Positions 1 through 9,847 of a stretch of DNA of 64,000 nucleotides are shown here, in pieces. The notes beneath the pieces were generated by a model that saw nothing but the letters and a program-made list of their open reading frames with translations, made no database searches and had not been told where the DNA came from. This stretch comes from a virus. Taxonomy: Duplodnaviria; Caudoviricetes. A program made the position numbers and the translations under genes. The DNA is taken from the IMG/VR virus record IMGVR_UViG_3300032239_001501, positions 64,001-128,000 of that record; one strand, given 5' to 3'. The stretch's first letter is position 1. Each line of letters begins with the position of its first letter.

Positions 1-166
1 AAACAAAATCTTTTAATTCTTCGTCTCCAAAAATTATAAGATTATTATCAACTTCTAAAAGTTTCTCAAATTTATCTAAATAATGTTGGTATGGTCTTGA
101 CCATCCTTCAGATAATTCTCCTCTTCCAATATCCCAAATACCTGTTACTAATGTTATATTACTCAT
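1..166 (-). CDS. HtrL/WlaTC-like glycosyltransferase, partial (runs off the left edge; not in the ORF track)
   Basis: Manual translation from ATG at 166: MSNITLVTGIWDIGRGELSEGWSRPYQHYLDKFEKLLEVDNNLIIFGDEELKDFV. TLVTxxWDIGR...Y...F is typical of HtrL-family N-termini. Overlaps the stop of the upstream gene. Confidence 0.65.
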   Translation of the reverse strand, partial: MSNITLVTGIWDIGRGELSEGWSRPYQHYLDKFEKLLEVDNNLIIFGDEELKDFV

Positions 167-1040
167 AAATTCTATTAAATTCTTCTAATATTTTATAAAA
201 ACTTTTATTTTGTGTAAACATTTCATCTGATACTCCTGATGGAGAATTACCTTTATACCACCATATATCAAAATGTTTTCTTACAAATAATTCTCTATTA
301 TTTACATACATCATACTCATTATTTGTTCTTCATGAGGTAAACCTTTGTCTTCAGTTAATATTTTTTTAGTATAATCTTCAAACATATTAACTATATTAT
401 CCCATTTATCTCTATGACCCCCAAACATTCCTCCAATGATATGAATACTTCTATCATATTCTTTATACCATTTTGCATCAACAGTACCAGACCAATAATT
501 CCTATCATTTTCTTTACCTAATATTAAAAATTTATCTCCAGTATCTTCAATCAAATTCTTTAGAAATTCATTACTAAATAAACTACTTTCATAATATCTT
601 GCTTGAGGGTGTTCTCCAATCAAATATTTTGGTGGAATCAAACCACAATGAGACAATCCAGCATCAATCCAATAATAATAATCATATGATTTATCTTCAT
701 TCCACCACCAATGAAATTTTGAGTATTGTATTTCAATACATCTATCTCCTTGTTTAATTTGGTCTACATTTTTTCTTTTTTTAATTAAATCTTTTAATTT
801 GGTATCATTAATATCAAAAACTTGAAACTTTAATTTTTCTTCTGAAATTTTATTATCAACATAAAAAAATTCTTTTAAAGAATTTATTTCTCTATCAGAT
901 GTATAACAAATAAAATCTGCATCTGTCATCTTTAACAATGATAGTAAGCTATATCTGTAGTGACCATGTCTACCTGTTCTTCCTCCCAATTCAGTTCCAT
1001 GTAAATCACTATAAATTGATGTAATAAATTTAACTGACAT
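159..1040 (-). CDS. HtrL/WlaTC-like (GT-A) glycosyltransferase
   Basis: 293 aa; YSKF...YYYWIDAGL, IGGMFGG and EEQIM motifs resemble the HtrL family. Confidence 0.6.
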   Translation of the reverse strand: MSVKFITSIYSDLHGTELGGRTGRHGHYRYSLLSLLKMTDADFICYTSDREINSLKEFFYVDNKISEEKLKFQVFDINDTKLKDLIKKRKNVDQIKQGDRCIEIQYSKFHWWWNEDKSYDYYYWIDAGLSHCGLIPPKYLIGEHPQARYYESSLFSNEFLKNLIEDTGDKFLILGKENDRNYWSGTVDAKWYKEYDRSIHIIGGMFGGHRDKWDNIVNMFEDYTKKILTEDKGLPHEEQIMSMMYVNNRELFVRKHFDIWWYKGNSPSGVSDEMFTQNKSFYKILEEFNRIYE

Positions 1041-1773
1041 AATATTGAACGTGTATTTTTTCTTGTTTTATTTTTTCATTTCCTTCTTCACTTTTAAATT
1101 CGTTAGGAATTTTTTTGGGGGAATATAAATCCCAATTATATGTTTGGGTATAAAAGTTATTATACATACCATGAGACACATCAGAATATGAATTTCTTTG
1201 TGGCGCAATTGGTAATACGGGACAATAACTTTGAAATTTAGGATAAATAAATTTAACCAAATATCCGTCAATTGGAAAATAATAATCTCCTGATTCTGTA
1301 AATGCGGTTAAAGAAATATTAAACATTTCATCATATACAGATTTATCGTAAATCAAAATATTTGTTGCAAATGTTTCTGTATGATGTTCTTCTTTTGGAG
1401 GAATATTTGTAATGTCTAACAATAAATCATATTTGTTGCTAATATTAACTTTTCTATTCAATGTTGGAGTTATGTTAAAAACACCAAATTCAATTCCTTC
1501 AATTTGTTTTTCAATATCTTCCAATAATGATTTTGCATATGGCATAAAGACACAATCATCTTCAATAACCATAACACGATCATATCCTTTTTCTTTTGCT
1601 ATTTTAATGACTTCTAAATGAGATAACGTGCAACCCATATAACTGTTTCTATTAACAGCATTAAATTTTTCAAAATCCCATCCAATATAATCCATCTCTT
1701 TTTTTATTAGATTAAGATTATCAAGTCTGGTTTCTAAATTTACAACAAACTTTGGTATTTCACTAAATTTCAT
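1030..1773 (-). CDS. GT25-family glycosyltransferase
   Basis: VVNLETRLD, FNAV, GCTLSH and VIEDD motifs of GT25. Confidence 0.8.
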   Translation of the reverse strand: MKFSEIPKFVVNLETRLDNLNLIKKEMDYIGWDFEKFNAVNRNSYMGCTLSHLEVIKIAKEKGYDRVMVIEDDCVFMPYAKSLLEDIEKQIEGIEFGVFNITPTLNRKVNISNKYDLLLDITNIPPKEEHHTETFATNILIYDKSVYDEMFNISLTAFTESGDYYFPIDGYLVKFIYPKFQSYCPVLPIAPQRNSYSDVSHGMYNNFYTQTYNWDLYSPKKIPNEFKSEEGNEKIKQEKIHVQYYVS

Positions 1774-3038
1774 TAACTAACTATATTATGATTTAATTGA
1801 CCTGTAATTCTATCACACCATCCTTTTGATTCTGAGTGAGGCCAAACAACCCAATATTGAGGTAATTCATCGGTTTGGAATTCTCTCCATACTTTACAAT
1901 ATTTATCAGGATCTCTCATAAAACCTGCAATTTCATTTTTATCTGCATCTTTTCTAAATAAAGTTTTATCTTCTTTACCGTGAAAGGCAACTACCCAAAA
2001 ATCGTAATCAGTTTCAGTAACTTGAGAATATCCAATATCAATACAATGTTTAAACATCATACAAAAACTATCTTTCCATTCTTGTTCTGTTTCAAAATTA
2101 TAAGGGTTTGGAGGGTAATTTTTATCTAATGTGTATTTGTCAATTGCTCTTTTTTCAAATAAAAGACCTGAATATTTTTCATAATCAGTTAATGTTCTAA
2201 CAGTACCAAATCCATAAGGACCATCATGACCTTCTTGTTTTTCACCATCCATTCCAAATAATTTTCTATTTGTATGGTGAGAATGTTTGTTTTTATCTCC
2301 CCAAGTCTTGTCATCATCCCATTGTTTTGTTCTACCTTTACGAGTATACTCATGGTATACAACTGGAATATGAGGATGAAATAAATCATAACCCCAAGTA
2401 TAAGCTCTTGCCGCAATTGAAATTTCTTCTCCATGAAAATAATATTCAGGATTATGTTGAACTTCTACGGAGAATTCACCTAAAGTAAAACAAAAGTGAG
2501 CGGAGTAGAATCTTGCCGTAACTGGTTTTGTCATCTCTCTCCAACCTGGAATTGTTTCAGGTAAAAAGAATACAGCTCCTTCAGGAATGAATCTATCAAA
2601 TACCATTCTCCAAGCTTCTTGTGATCTTCCTGCAGGGTCATTTTCGGGGTCAAAAGATGGAACATAACCCGTAAGTAAAGGTTTGTTGTACCCATCCTTT
2701 TGTAGCCCCTTTATCATCTTGATTAAGATATCATCCCAATCTTTAACAAATCTCATGTGAGAATCTATTTGTAATGTATATGTTTCACCATCATAAAGTT
2801 GTTGAGTTAAATTTCTTGCCCAACAAACACCTTTGGCGTCTTGATAAGGAATATCCAAGATTTTAAATCTTTTGTCTTTTCTATATTCATCTAAATTATC
2901 AAAACCATCTGTTTCGTTGAATTGTCTTGCGATTGCAAATACGAGGTTTTTTGGTCTCTTTGCGTTGGCAATCATGTCTTTTATTGTTGGAACTAATTGT
3001 GGGTCTCTGTAGGACGCGCATTGAATAAAAATCTTCAT
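1773..3038 (-). CDS. GT60-like polypeptide N-acetylglucosaminyltransferase (Skp1-HyPro GlcNAc-T/Gnt1-like)
   Basis: IFIQCASYRD, KGVCWAR, LQIDSHMRF..DWD, FHGEE, YTWGYDLF and YHEY motifs. The start is probably the ATG at 3038, because the longer ORF start lies inside a terminator. Confidence 0.8.
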   Translation of the reverse strand: MKIFIQCASYRDPQLVPTIKDMIANAKRPKNLVFAIARQFNETDGFDNLDEYRKDKRFKILDIPYQDAKGVCWARNLTQQLYDGETYTLQIDSHMRFVKDWDDILIKMIKGLQKDGYNKPLLTGYVPSFDPENDPAGRSQEAWRMVFDRFIPEGAVFFLPETIPGWREMTKPVTARFYSAHFCFTLGEFSVEVQHNPEYYFHGEEISIAARAYTWGYDLFHPHIPVVYHEYTRKGRTKQWDDDKTWGDKNKHSHHTNRKLFGMDGEKQEGHDGPYGFGTVRTLTDYEKYSGLLFEKRAIDKYTLDKNYPPNPYNFETEQEWKDSFCMMFKHCIDIGYSQVTETDYDFWVVAFHGKEDKTLFRKDADKNEIAGFMRDPDKYCKVWREFQTDELPQYWVVWPHSESKGWCDRITGQLNHNIVS

Positions 3039-3062
3039 TAAGTTATATTTTGTAATAAACAT

Positions 3063-3092
3063 AAAAAAACCCCTCATAAAATGAAGGGTTTT
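3063..3092 (-). terminator. Rho-independent terminator after the Thr-Pro gene cluster
   Basis: Minus strand AAAACCCTTCAT-TTT-ATGAGGGGTTTTTT hairpin plus U-tract. Confidence 0.7.
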
Positions 3093-3112
3093 AAATATAT
3101 TATTTTTAAATA

Positions 3113-4279
3113 TTAAGTATGTGTTGGTGTTGGTGTAGAAGTTGGTGTTGATGTGACAGATGGGGTACCAGATTGTGTTGGTGTTACAGTTGGTGTGTTA
3201 GTTGGAGTATTAGTTGGTGTTGAAGTTGGTCCACATATTGAAGAATTTAATACGATACCCGCAGAATTTAATTCATAAACAATACCGTTATAAACATACC
3301 AACCAGCCAAATTTACTCCAGGACAGAATCCTGAACTACAACCATAAAAGAATGAGTTATCCTCAAATACTGGACTTTGACCAAATATAGTTGCGACGTT
3401 TGAAGTACTACAAGCGCTTATTGATGAAGTCTCATCATGTTTTGTAGCAAATGTGTATCTTGCTGGTTGAGGGTCTGTTGGTGATGGTGTTGGGGTATGT
3501 GTTGGAGTTTGAGTTGCAGTACTAGTTGGAGTTGCGGTATTTGTTGGTGTGCTTGTGATTGTTGGTGTTGGAGTTACTAAAAGTGAACAACCTGCAACAA
3601 CTTTTTGAGTAATTTCTCCAGATCCTCCTGATACTAAATACCAATCATTTCCGTCAGAATAATATCCATTACCAGCAACCAAACTTAATGATGCGTCGGC
3701 ATATAAATAATCACCAACACTAAGAGTTGGTCCTTGAGCTCTTGCAATGTAAAGGAATGTTTCTGTTGCTAAACAAGCAGCGTTTTGTGTATCCCCAGAA
3801 CCCAATAAGAAACTATAATTAAATGGTGTTGGTGTATGTGTCGGAGTTCCGGTATTAGTTGGAGTATTAGTTGGAGTATTAGCCGGAGTTCCAGTTGGAG
3901 TTCCAGTTGGAGTTCCAGTTTGAGTATTTGTTGGAGTATTTGTTGGTGTTTGAGTGTTAGTTGTAGTATTTGTTGGTGTTTGAGTGTTAGTTGTAGTATT
4001 TGTTGGAGTATTAGTTGGTGTATTAGTTGGAGTTGTTGTTGATGTTGGAGTAGCCGTTGGAGTTGGAGTTGGTCCTACTGGAGGAAAGGCTCCCAAATTA
4101 ACCAAAACAATACTGTTTGGAAAAGCACTTGAATATGTTGTGTTTAATAACCAAATATTTTTAGTTTGATTTGGATTTAATTCTACTTGATATTCCCACA
4201 TTGCGTCGTCACATCTTTGGTAACTGAAATTCACAATTGATGAACCAGTGTTTGTTAAAGTATATTTACTACATGCCAT
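3113..4279 (-). CDS. Mucin-like Thr-Pro repeat protein with two Cys-bounded small domains (probable virion surface protein)
   Basis: Three TPT(N/Q/S)TPT tracts separate ~70-aa domains that start with AC and end with C; no signal peptide; TATTTATA motif upstream. Confidence 0.75.
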   Translation of the reverse strand: MACSKYTLTNTGSSIVNFSYQRCDDAMWEYQVELNPNQTKNIWLLNTTYSSAFPNSIVLVNLGAFPPVGPTPTPTATPTSTTTPTNTPTNTPTNTTTNTQTPTNTTTNTQTPTNTPTNTQTGTPTGTPTGTPANTPTNTPTNTGTPTHTPTPFNYSFLLGSGDTQNAACLATETFLYIARAQGPTLSVGDYLYADASLSLVAGNGYYSDGNDWYLVSGGSGEITQKVVAGCSLLVTPTPTITSTPTNTATPTSTATQTPTHTPTPSPTDPQPARYTFATKHDETSSISACSTSNVATIFGQSPVFEDNSFFYGCSSGFCPGVNLAGWYVYNGIVYELNSAGIVLNSSICGPTSTPTNTPTNTPTVTPTQSGTPSVTSTPTSTPTPTHT

Positions 4280-4410
4280 TTTGTTCTGTTTAAATTATAA
4301 ATATTATGATTTTGAATAAAAAATTACTAACTATTCGTATTAATCTATTATAACAGATAAATAGTGAGAACTATAGTAATATAATTAATTAAAATAAAAA
4401 AAAGTTTTTC

Positions 4411-5673
4411 TTAAATACATGAGAAATATGATCCTAATTGAGTACCTCCACTATTCAATTCAGTTACAGTTAAATTAAAACTATAAAATCCTGTCATATT
4501 AATTGATACAGTTCCACGAATATTATTATAAAATTGTGTGTTACTGGTAAATGACGGAGAGTCTCCATATATTACTGCGTTATATAATTGAGAACAAGCG
4601 TCAGTATAATTAGTACCTGAAAACGCCAAAAATTGGAATCTTAAGTGTGTTGGAGTAGGAGTCGGAGTATTAGAAGATGTAACGGTAGGTGTTTGTGTTG
4701 GAGTTGGAGTTTCTGTATTAGTTGGAGTATTGGTAGGAGTTTCAGTTGGCGTTTCTGTATTAGTTGGAGTATTAGTTGGAGTATTAGTTGGAGTTTCTGT
4801 GTTAGTTGGTGTTGGAGTATTAGTTGGAGTTTCTGTATTAGTTGGAGTTTGTGTTGGAGTTGAAGTTTCTGTATTAGTTGGAGTTTGTGTTGGAGTAGGT
4901 GTTTCAGTATTAGTTGGCGTTGGGGTGTTTGTTGATGTTTGAGTTACTGTAGGTGTTGGAGTTGCCAAATTAAGACATGCAAAATTATCTTTGTAAATTA
5001 CTTCTCCTGCACCTCCAGAAACAATATATAATATTGTTCCATTAGAATAATATCCGTCAGGAGCTGGAGTTGTAACACCAGCATTTGTATATAATATTTC
5101 TGTAACTTCAATAGTTGGCCCACCAGATCTTGTACCATAGAATGCCGTTTCAGTTGCAGAACAAGCTTCATTTGGAAATGTTCCATAACCTAATTGAAAT
5201 TGATAATTTATTGATGTTGGCGTTTGAGTAGGTGTAGCTGTTGGTGTTGCCGTTGATGTTGGAGTTTGAGTATTGGTTGAAGTATTAGTTGGAGTTTGAG
5301 TATTGGTTGAAGTATTAGTTGGAGTTGAAGTTTCAGTATTAGTAGGAGTATTAGTTGGTGTTGAAGTATTAGTTGGTGTTGGTGTTGAAGTTTCGGTAGG
5401 AGTTGTAGTTTGTGTTATAAATGGAGTTTCGGTAGGAGTTGGTGTTGGAGTAGAACTTGGTGTCGCAGATGGGCAAGGAACGCTTAAAATATAATTGTAA
5501 GCATATGTTGGAACATAACAATCATAACTTCCATACCAATAATCGGTAACATATGTGAATGGAAATATTTGATCACCTAAATTAATTGTTCCACCAGAAC
5601 AAGGATAAAAGGTAACATTAGCGGTTAATCCGCTTAAATTATCACTAAAAATTGATACACCGCAGTCAGACAT
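4411..5673 (-). CDS. Mucin-like Thr-Pro repeat protein (paralogue of 3113-4279)
   Basis: Long TPTNTETPT tracts; domain LGYG...ACSATET...GPT...LY...GYYSNG...VSGGAGE...C closely matches the neighbouring gene. Confidence 0.75.
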   Translation of the reverse strand: MSDCGVSIFSDNLSGLTANVTFYPCSGGTINLGDQIFPFTYVTDYWYGSYDCYVPTYAYNYILSVPCPSATPSSTPTPTPTETPFITQTTTPTETSTPTPTNTSTPTNTPTNTETSTPTNTSTNTQTPTNTSTNTQTPTSTATPTATPTQTPTSINYQFQLGYGTFPNEACSATETAFYGTRSGGPTIEVTEILYTNAGVTTPAPDGYYSNGTILYIVSGGAGEVIYKDNFACLNLATPTPTVTQTSTNTPTPTNTETPTPTQTPTNTETSTPTQTPTNTETPTNTPTPTNTETPTNTPTNTPTNTETPTETPTNTPTNTETPTPTQTPTVTSSNTPTPTPTHLRFQFLAFSGTNYTDACSQLYNAVIYGDSPSFTSNTQFYNNIRGTVSINMTGFYSFNLTVTELNSGGTQLGSYFSCI

Positions 5674-5699
5674 AATTATAAATACTTTATTTTTTCATT

Positions 5700-6260
5700 T
5701 TAATTACACAATCCTGTATCTAATATTTGACCATTGTAAATGTCTATTTGTATAAATGTTGCACTATCTGAGATAATATTATTAGAATTTATTGGTGGAA
5801 TTGTTAAAGATGCATCACCATAAACATAATCTCCGGCAACTAAAGATGAAAAAGATTTTTGACAATAAATTGTAACGTTTGATGGATTAGGTATATTAAC
5901 TAAATTACAAGCATCTTCAAAATATCCTGCAGTCCATATGTTATACATTAAGACCATTGTTGGTGTAACTGTTGGAGTTACATGTGGTGTAGGTGTAGGA
6001 GTTTGAGTTATAGATGTTGGAGTAATAGTTGGTGTTTGAGTTGGTGTTGGTGTTGTTGATGGACATAATCCTGCAAAGGCAATTGTTAATGGTGCTCCGC
6101 AATCTTGACCATACAAATCTTTAGCACAAACATAATGAGATTGAAGAGGGTCAATTGGCGTTACACTAACTATACCAGTACATCCTGTCCAAGCATAATA
6201 CCCTTGTTGAACGGTGTTATAGTTTGTTATTTTAAAATAGTTACAATCTGTTGTATGCAT
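5700..6260 (-). CDS. Thr-Pro linker protein with Cys-containing N- and C-terminal domains
   Basis: C.YFKITN...Y.WTGC N-domain, TPT linker, AC...GDYVYGDASLT...GQI....C C-domain. Confidence 0.7.
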   Translation of the reverse strand: MHTTDCNYFKITNYNTVQQGYYAWTGCTGIVSVTPIDPLQSHYVCAKDLYGQDCGAPLTIAFAGLCPSTTPTPTQTPTITPTSITQTPTPTPHVTPTVTPTMVLMYNIWTAGYFEDACNLVNIPNPSNVTIYCQKSFSSLVAGDYVYGDASLTIPPINSNNIISDSATFIQIDIYNGQILDTGLCN

Positions 6261-6272
6261 TGTTTAATTATA

Positions 6273-8981
6273 TTAAATAAATCTTCCGTTATAATTTGTT
6301 AAATTATATTCTAAGCTTCTAACGTCTTGACCATCAATACAACTTGTGAATAAATTTAACGTAACCACTTGTCCTGTAGAAACTGCTCCATATGCGGCAG
6401 TAAATCCTTCATTAACAAACGTATACTCATCAGGAACCGCAACCATTGTACCCCCTTTATAGAGTTTTGCCTGGATATAAACAGGGTTAGTTCCGACATC
6501 TCCATACCAACCAGCATTTGCGTTAATTGTTATGATATTTTGACCAGGATAATCCAACTTAAATTGTATCAAATCAATTAATACAGATTCAAAACCTACT
6601 CCTGTATTATCTCCACCCCAAGTTAATATTGGATTACCTGATGTCGGCCATTGCTCAGAACAACACCATCCGATGTAGTCAGGAAGACTGTTTTGACCAA
6701 TATCAGGAATTGTAACTCTTGTTCTCGTATCTAAATCTGTTCCATCATTAAATGCGTAAGTTAATACAATATAATCAGCATCAAAAGTGAAATTACCAGG
6801 GATATATGGTATAGTTGTTGGAGTTGGTGTTGGAGTTGATGTTGGCGTTTGAGATACACCAATTGTTGGTGTATTTGTTGGTGATGGTGTTACTGTTGGT
6901 GTTGAAGTTTGGGTTGGTGTTATATTTTGAGTTGACCCAATTGTTGGGGTTGGTGTAGGTGTTTCAGAACTTGTTGGTGTTGGGGTTTCTGTATTAGTTG
7001 GTGTAATTGTTGGAGTTATACAATTATATAAATCATATCCTAAATCATTACAAGGTAGTGAAAGATATATCAAATCATTACAAGGTAACGGTAAATAATA
7101 TAAATCATTATTAGGTATTGTGATTCTACAATTTAAACAATTAGGATTTAATAAGTCATATCTATTTTGTAATATTCTAAAATTATGTGCAATTTGACCA
7201 GCATCCAATGGTTCAGTATACATTCTGAATGCACTAATATCTCCAATCATACTACCACCAAATATTTCTTCTAAATGGATATGAGTGGTTAATCCTGAAT
7301 AAATTGTATGGTCTAAATCATTAGTTGTTAAACATTCCGGATCTTGTTGATAAACTATATCATCTACAGTATCAGGACATCCTCCCGAAAAAGTTAAGTT
7401 ATCATGTAACCCTTGAGTTCCTCCACCCAATGAAATATTGTAACCAACACCAATTTGTTTTTCTTTTTCAAAATTTAAAAGTCTTGGTATTATTTCTTCA
7501 AAATTTTCTGCAACCATGAATAATTTACCGTTAACATAAATTTTCAAAGTTCCAACCCTAAATGGTTCTTCTAACAACCAATTATCATTAAAACTAACAA
7601 CTTCAGTAGTCGCTGGATCATAATCTTTTTCATGAGTTATTGGTGGTTGTATTAAACTTAAACTATTGTTGGCAGTTGTTGCGGTATATTGTTCGGACAC
7701 TATTAAACCAAGTCCTCCCTTATCCCATAAATTACATTCTCCAAACCACTCTCTTCTTCTAAATACAGCATCTATTTGAACCCAATGTTCAATATTAGCA
7801 TAAGTTGTACCTGAACAATCATCAAAAATTCCTCTTGTTGAACACCATTCATTTACTGATGTTCCTGTCACATATGTTTGACCTGTAAGACAAGTTCCTG
7901 TTGATTCACAATGACCTGTTATGGTATATGTTTTAATACATAATCTTGGACTACCTGTATCACCACTTAATCTTAAAGATAACGCATTTGAAACTTCATC
8001 ATATAATGGGTCTTTTTCAGGATATTCGGCATGTGTTGAACAACTACAAGGACATCCACAAGTACAAATTGTTGAAGTAACTCCTGACGGTTGATAAACA
8101 GGTAAACATCCATGAGATGCGGTAATGCCTGTTTGTTCACACTCACAAGTATACATACAAGTTAAACCTGAAGTAACTCTTGTATATCCAGTATCTTGTT
8201 TCGGATGACCATCTGCATAATGATAAAACTTATTTTCTGCTCTTGCTCCCATATAAAAGAACGTACCTTTATTGTTTGGGTATCTATTATTAAGACCTCC
8301 TGATGTATCTCCAGTCCATCTATATCTTAACATAAATTCTGCAGTCCAACCTAAATTAACTCTTTCAGGAAATATTTGGTAATCATAACCAGGCATTTTA
8401 TAAAATCCTTGAAAAAATCCACCGTTAAGTTTTGTAAAGTATCCTACTGGATTTCCATCAGTTGAATAAGATAGATTGTATGTATATGAATTATCATTCC
8501 ATAATCTATTTTCTATTGTTGTAAAACCAGTGATAGGGTGCATTTTCATTCTCCTATCATATTTGTATCTACTATATGTGTCAGCTGAAGTTGTATATAA
8601 ACCAGTTGTTAATTCAATTGTTTCACCTGACATTTTTTTAACAAGTCCATTATCAATTCCTGTAAGTCCGACATCACATAATTCCGTAACTATAGGACAA
8701 AAATTAGGGTCAATGTGGGTAGGGTTCCAATAATTTTCAGAAACAATTGTATCATAATCAAAAGAACAAGTTGATGTTTGGCAAACAGTTGTGGCAGAAT
8801 TATTGAAATCAAATTTAAATGGCATTCTATTTCCATCATCTTCTGCAATTAATAATGGTGAAAAAATTACTTCTTGGTCATAGTCTTTTTCATCAGATGC
8901 CAAGCAAATATCTGTTATTTCATTCACAGGGATAAGACCCAAACGCCTAAAATTATATTGATTAATGTTCTGATATGCCAT
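6273..8981 (-). CDS. Large virion-type protein with LamG/ConA-like region, Thr-Pro linker and C-terminal beta domain
   Basis: LKIYVNGKL and GDISAFRMYTEPL...QI..NF are LamG-like; Cys-rich segment; TPT tract; C-terminal DLDTRT..WGGDNTG.G.ES. Confidence 0.6.
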   Translation of the reverse strand: MAYQNINQYNFRRLGLIPVNEITDICLASDEKDYDQEVIFSPLLIAEDDGNRMPFKFDFNNSATTVCQTSTCSFDYDTIVSENYWNPTHIDPNFCPIVTELCDVGLTGIDNGLVKKMSGETIELTTGLYTTSADTYSRYKYDRRMKMHPITGFTTIENRLWNDNSYTYNLSYSTDGNPVGYFTKLNGGFFQGFYKMPGYDYQIFPERVNLGWTAEFMLRYRWTGDTSGGLNNRYPNNKGTFFYMGARAENKFYHYADGHPKQDTGYTRVTSGLTCMYTCECEQTGITASHGCLPVYQPSGVTSTICTCGCPCSCSTHAEYPEKDPLYDEVSNALSLRLSGDTGSPRLCIKTYTITGHCESTGTCLTGQTYVTGTSVNEWCSTRGIFDDCSGTTYANIEHWVQIDAVFRRREWFGECNLWDKGGLGLIVSEQYTATTANNSLSLIQPPITHEKDYDPATTEVVSFNDNWLLEEPFRVGTLKIYVNGKLFMVAENFEEIIPRLLNFEKEKQIGVGYNISLGGGTQGLHDNLTFSGGCPDTVDDIVYQQDPECLTTNDLDHTIYSGLTTHIHLEEIFGGSMIGDISAFRMYTEPLDAGQIAHNFRILQNRYDLLNPNCLNCRITIPNNDLYYLPLPCNDLIYLSLPCNDLGYDLYNCITPTITPTNTETPTPTSSETPTPTPTIGSTQNITPTQTSTPTVTPSPTNTPTIGVSQTPTSTPTPTPTTIPYIPGNFTFDADYIVLTYAFNDGTDLDTRTRVTIPDIGQNSLPDYIGWCCSEQWPTSGNPILTWGGDNTGVGFESVLIDLIQFKLDYPGQNIITINANAGWYGDVGTNPVYIQAKLYKGGTMVAVPDEYTFVNEGFTAAYGAVSTGQVVTLNLFTSCIDGQDVRSLEYNLTNYNGRFI

Positions 8982-8989
8982 ATGATATT

Positions 8990-9018
8990 GATAAATACCT
9001 TATTGCCGAGTATTTATA
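8990..9018. promoter_or_regulatory. Back-to-back putative late promoters (TATTTATC on -, TATTTATA on +)
   Basis: GATAAATA at 8990-8997 and TATTTATA at 9011-9018 lie between the divergent genes; the same motif precedes many structural genes. Confidence 0.6.
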
Positions 9019-9034
9019 AATTAAAAAGAAACAG

Positions 9035-9847
9035 ATGTTAACTGTAGACCAAGAATTTTATTCATCACCATATTATTTTTTCCTTAAAGATAAAGGAAAT
9101 GAGTATTCTTTATACTTATCTGCCGAGAAAACTATTACTGAAGCAAGAGATAAAGATATTATTATTAAAGTACCAAAATCAAAACTTGATGCGGTAAAAA
9201 AATATTTGGAAAAAGTTTTAAAAGGAAAAAAGAAAAAATCTACTAAAGAACTTAAAGGTGAGATTGAAGAATTAGTAAATCTTGATGGAGCATTGTCAAA
9301 TTCAAAAATTCCTATTTTGGATCCAAAACTTCACCCAAAAAAAACTATGGACCAAACCGTTGCTGCGGCAAGAATCACAAATGACCCAATTGCTCGTGGT
9401 TATAGAACATACTATGGTGAATCAATAGAAGAAGATGTAAATGAAGTGGACATGTCAGGAGCGTTTGGATATGAAGAAACTAAAGATATGGATGGTAAAG
9501 AAACATTTGATTATTTTGTAAAAAAATTGAATATGTCTCCTGAAGAAGCGGTGGAAAGAACAGAACAACAAGGTAAAGACCCTTCAGGTAAAAGAGATAA
9601 AACTAAGGAACCTGGTTCTGATATGAAACTTACTATTAGTGAAATTCAAAAACAAAAGGCAATCAAAATGGTTGAAGACCTTTTAATGAAAAATAAAAAT
9701 GGAGATAATTCTGAAGTAGGAAAAAAAGAAAAAGAAGATACTCAAGCATCTTCAATGATTAAAAGAAACATTAAATCCATTATTAAACAAGCAGAAAAAG
9801 AAGGGTTATCAAAGAAAGACATAATAAAATTGTTAGGAAGTGAATAA
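9035..9847 (+). CDS. Hypothetical protein (charged, probable head-associated)
   Basis: 270-aa ORF with the late motif upstream. Confidence 0.6.
   Translation: MLTVDQEFYSSPYYFFLKDKGNEYSLYLSAEKTITEARDKDIIIKVPKSKLDAVKKYLEKVLKGKKKKSTKELKGEIEELVNLDGALSNSKIPILDPKLHPKKTMDQTVAAARITNDPIARGYRTYYGESIEEDVNEVDMSGAFGYEETKDMDGKETFDYFVKKLNMSPEEAVERTEQQGKDPSGKRDKTKEPGSDMKLTISEIQKQKAIKMVEDLLMKNKNGDNSEVGKKEKEDTQASSMIKRNIKSIIKQAEKEGLSKKDIIKLLGSE

Noticed and set aside
3830-5460. Repeated GTATTAGTTGGA-type units as a possible CRISPR array or satellite
   Set aside because: Degenerate in-frame repeats inside coding genes; no constant repeat with unique spacers and no cas genes
3836-5494. Plus-strand ORFs rich in Val-Gly or Trp-Ser-Cys (also 48473-48673)
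   Set aside because: Antisense shadows of the Thr-Pro codon repeats
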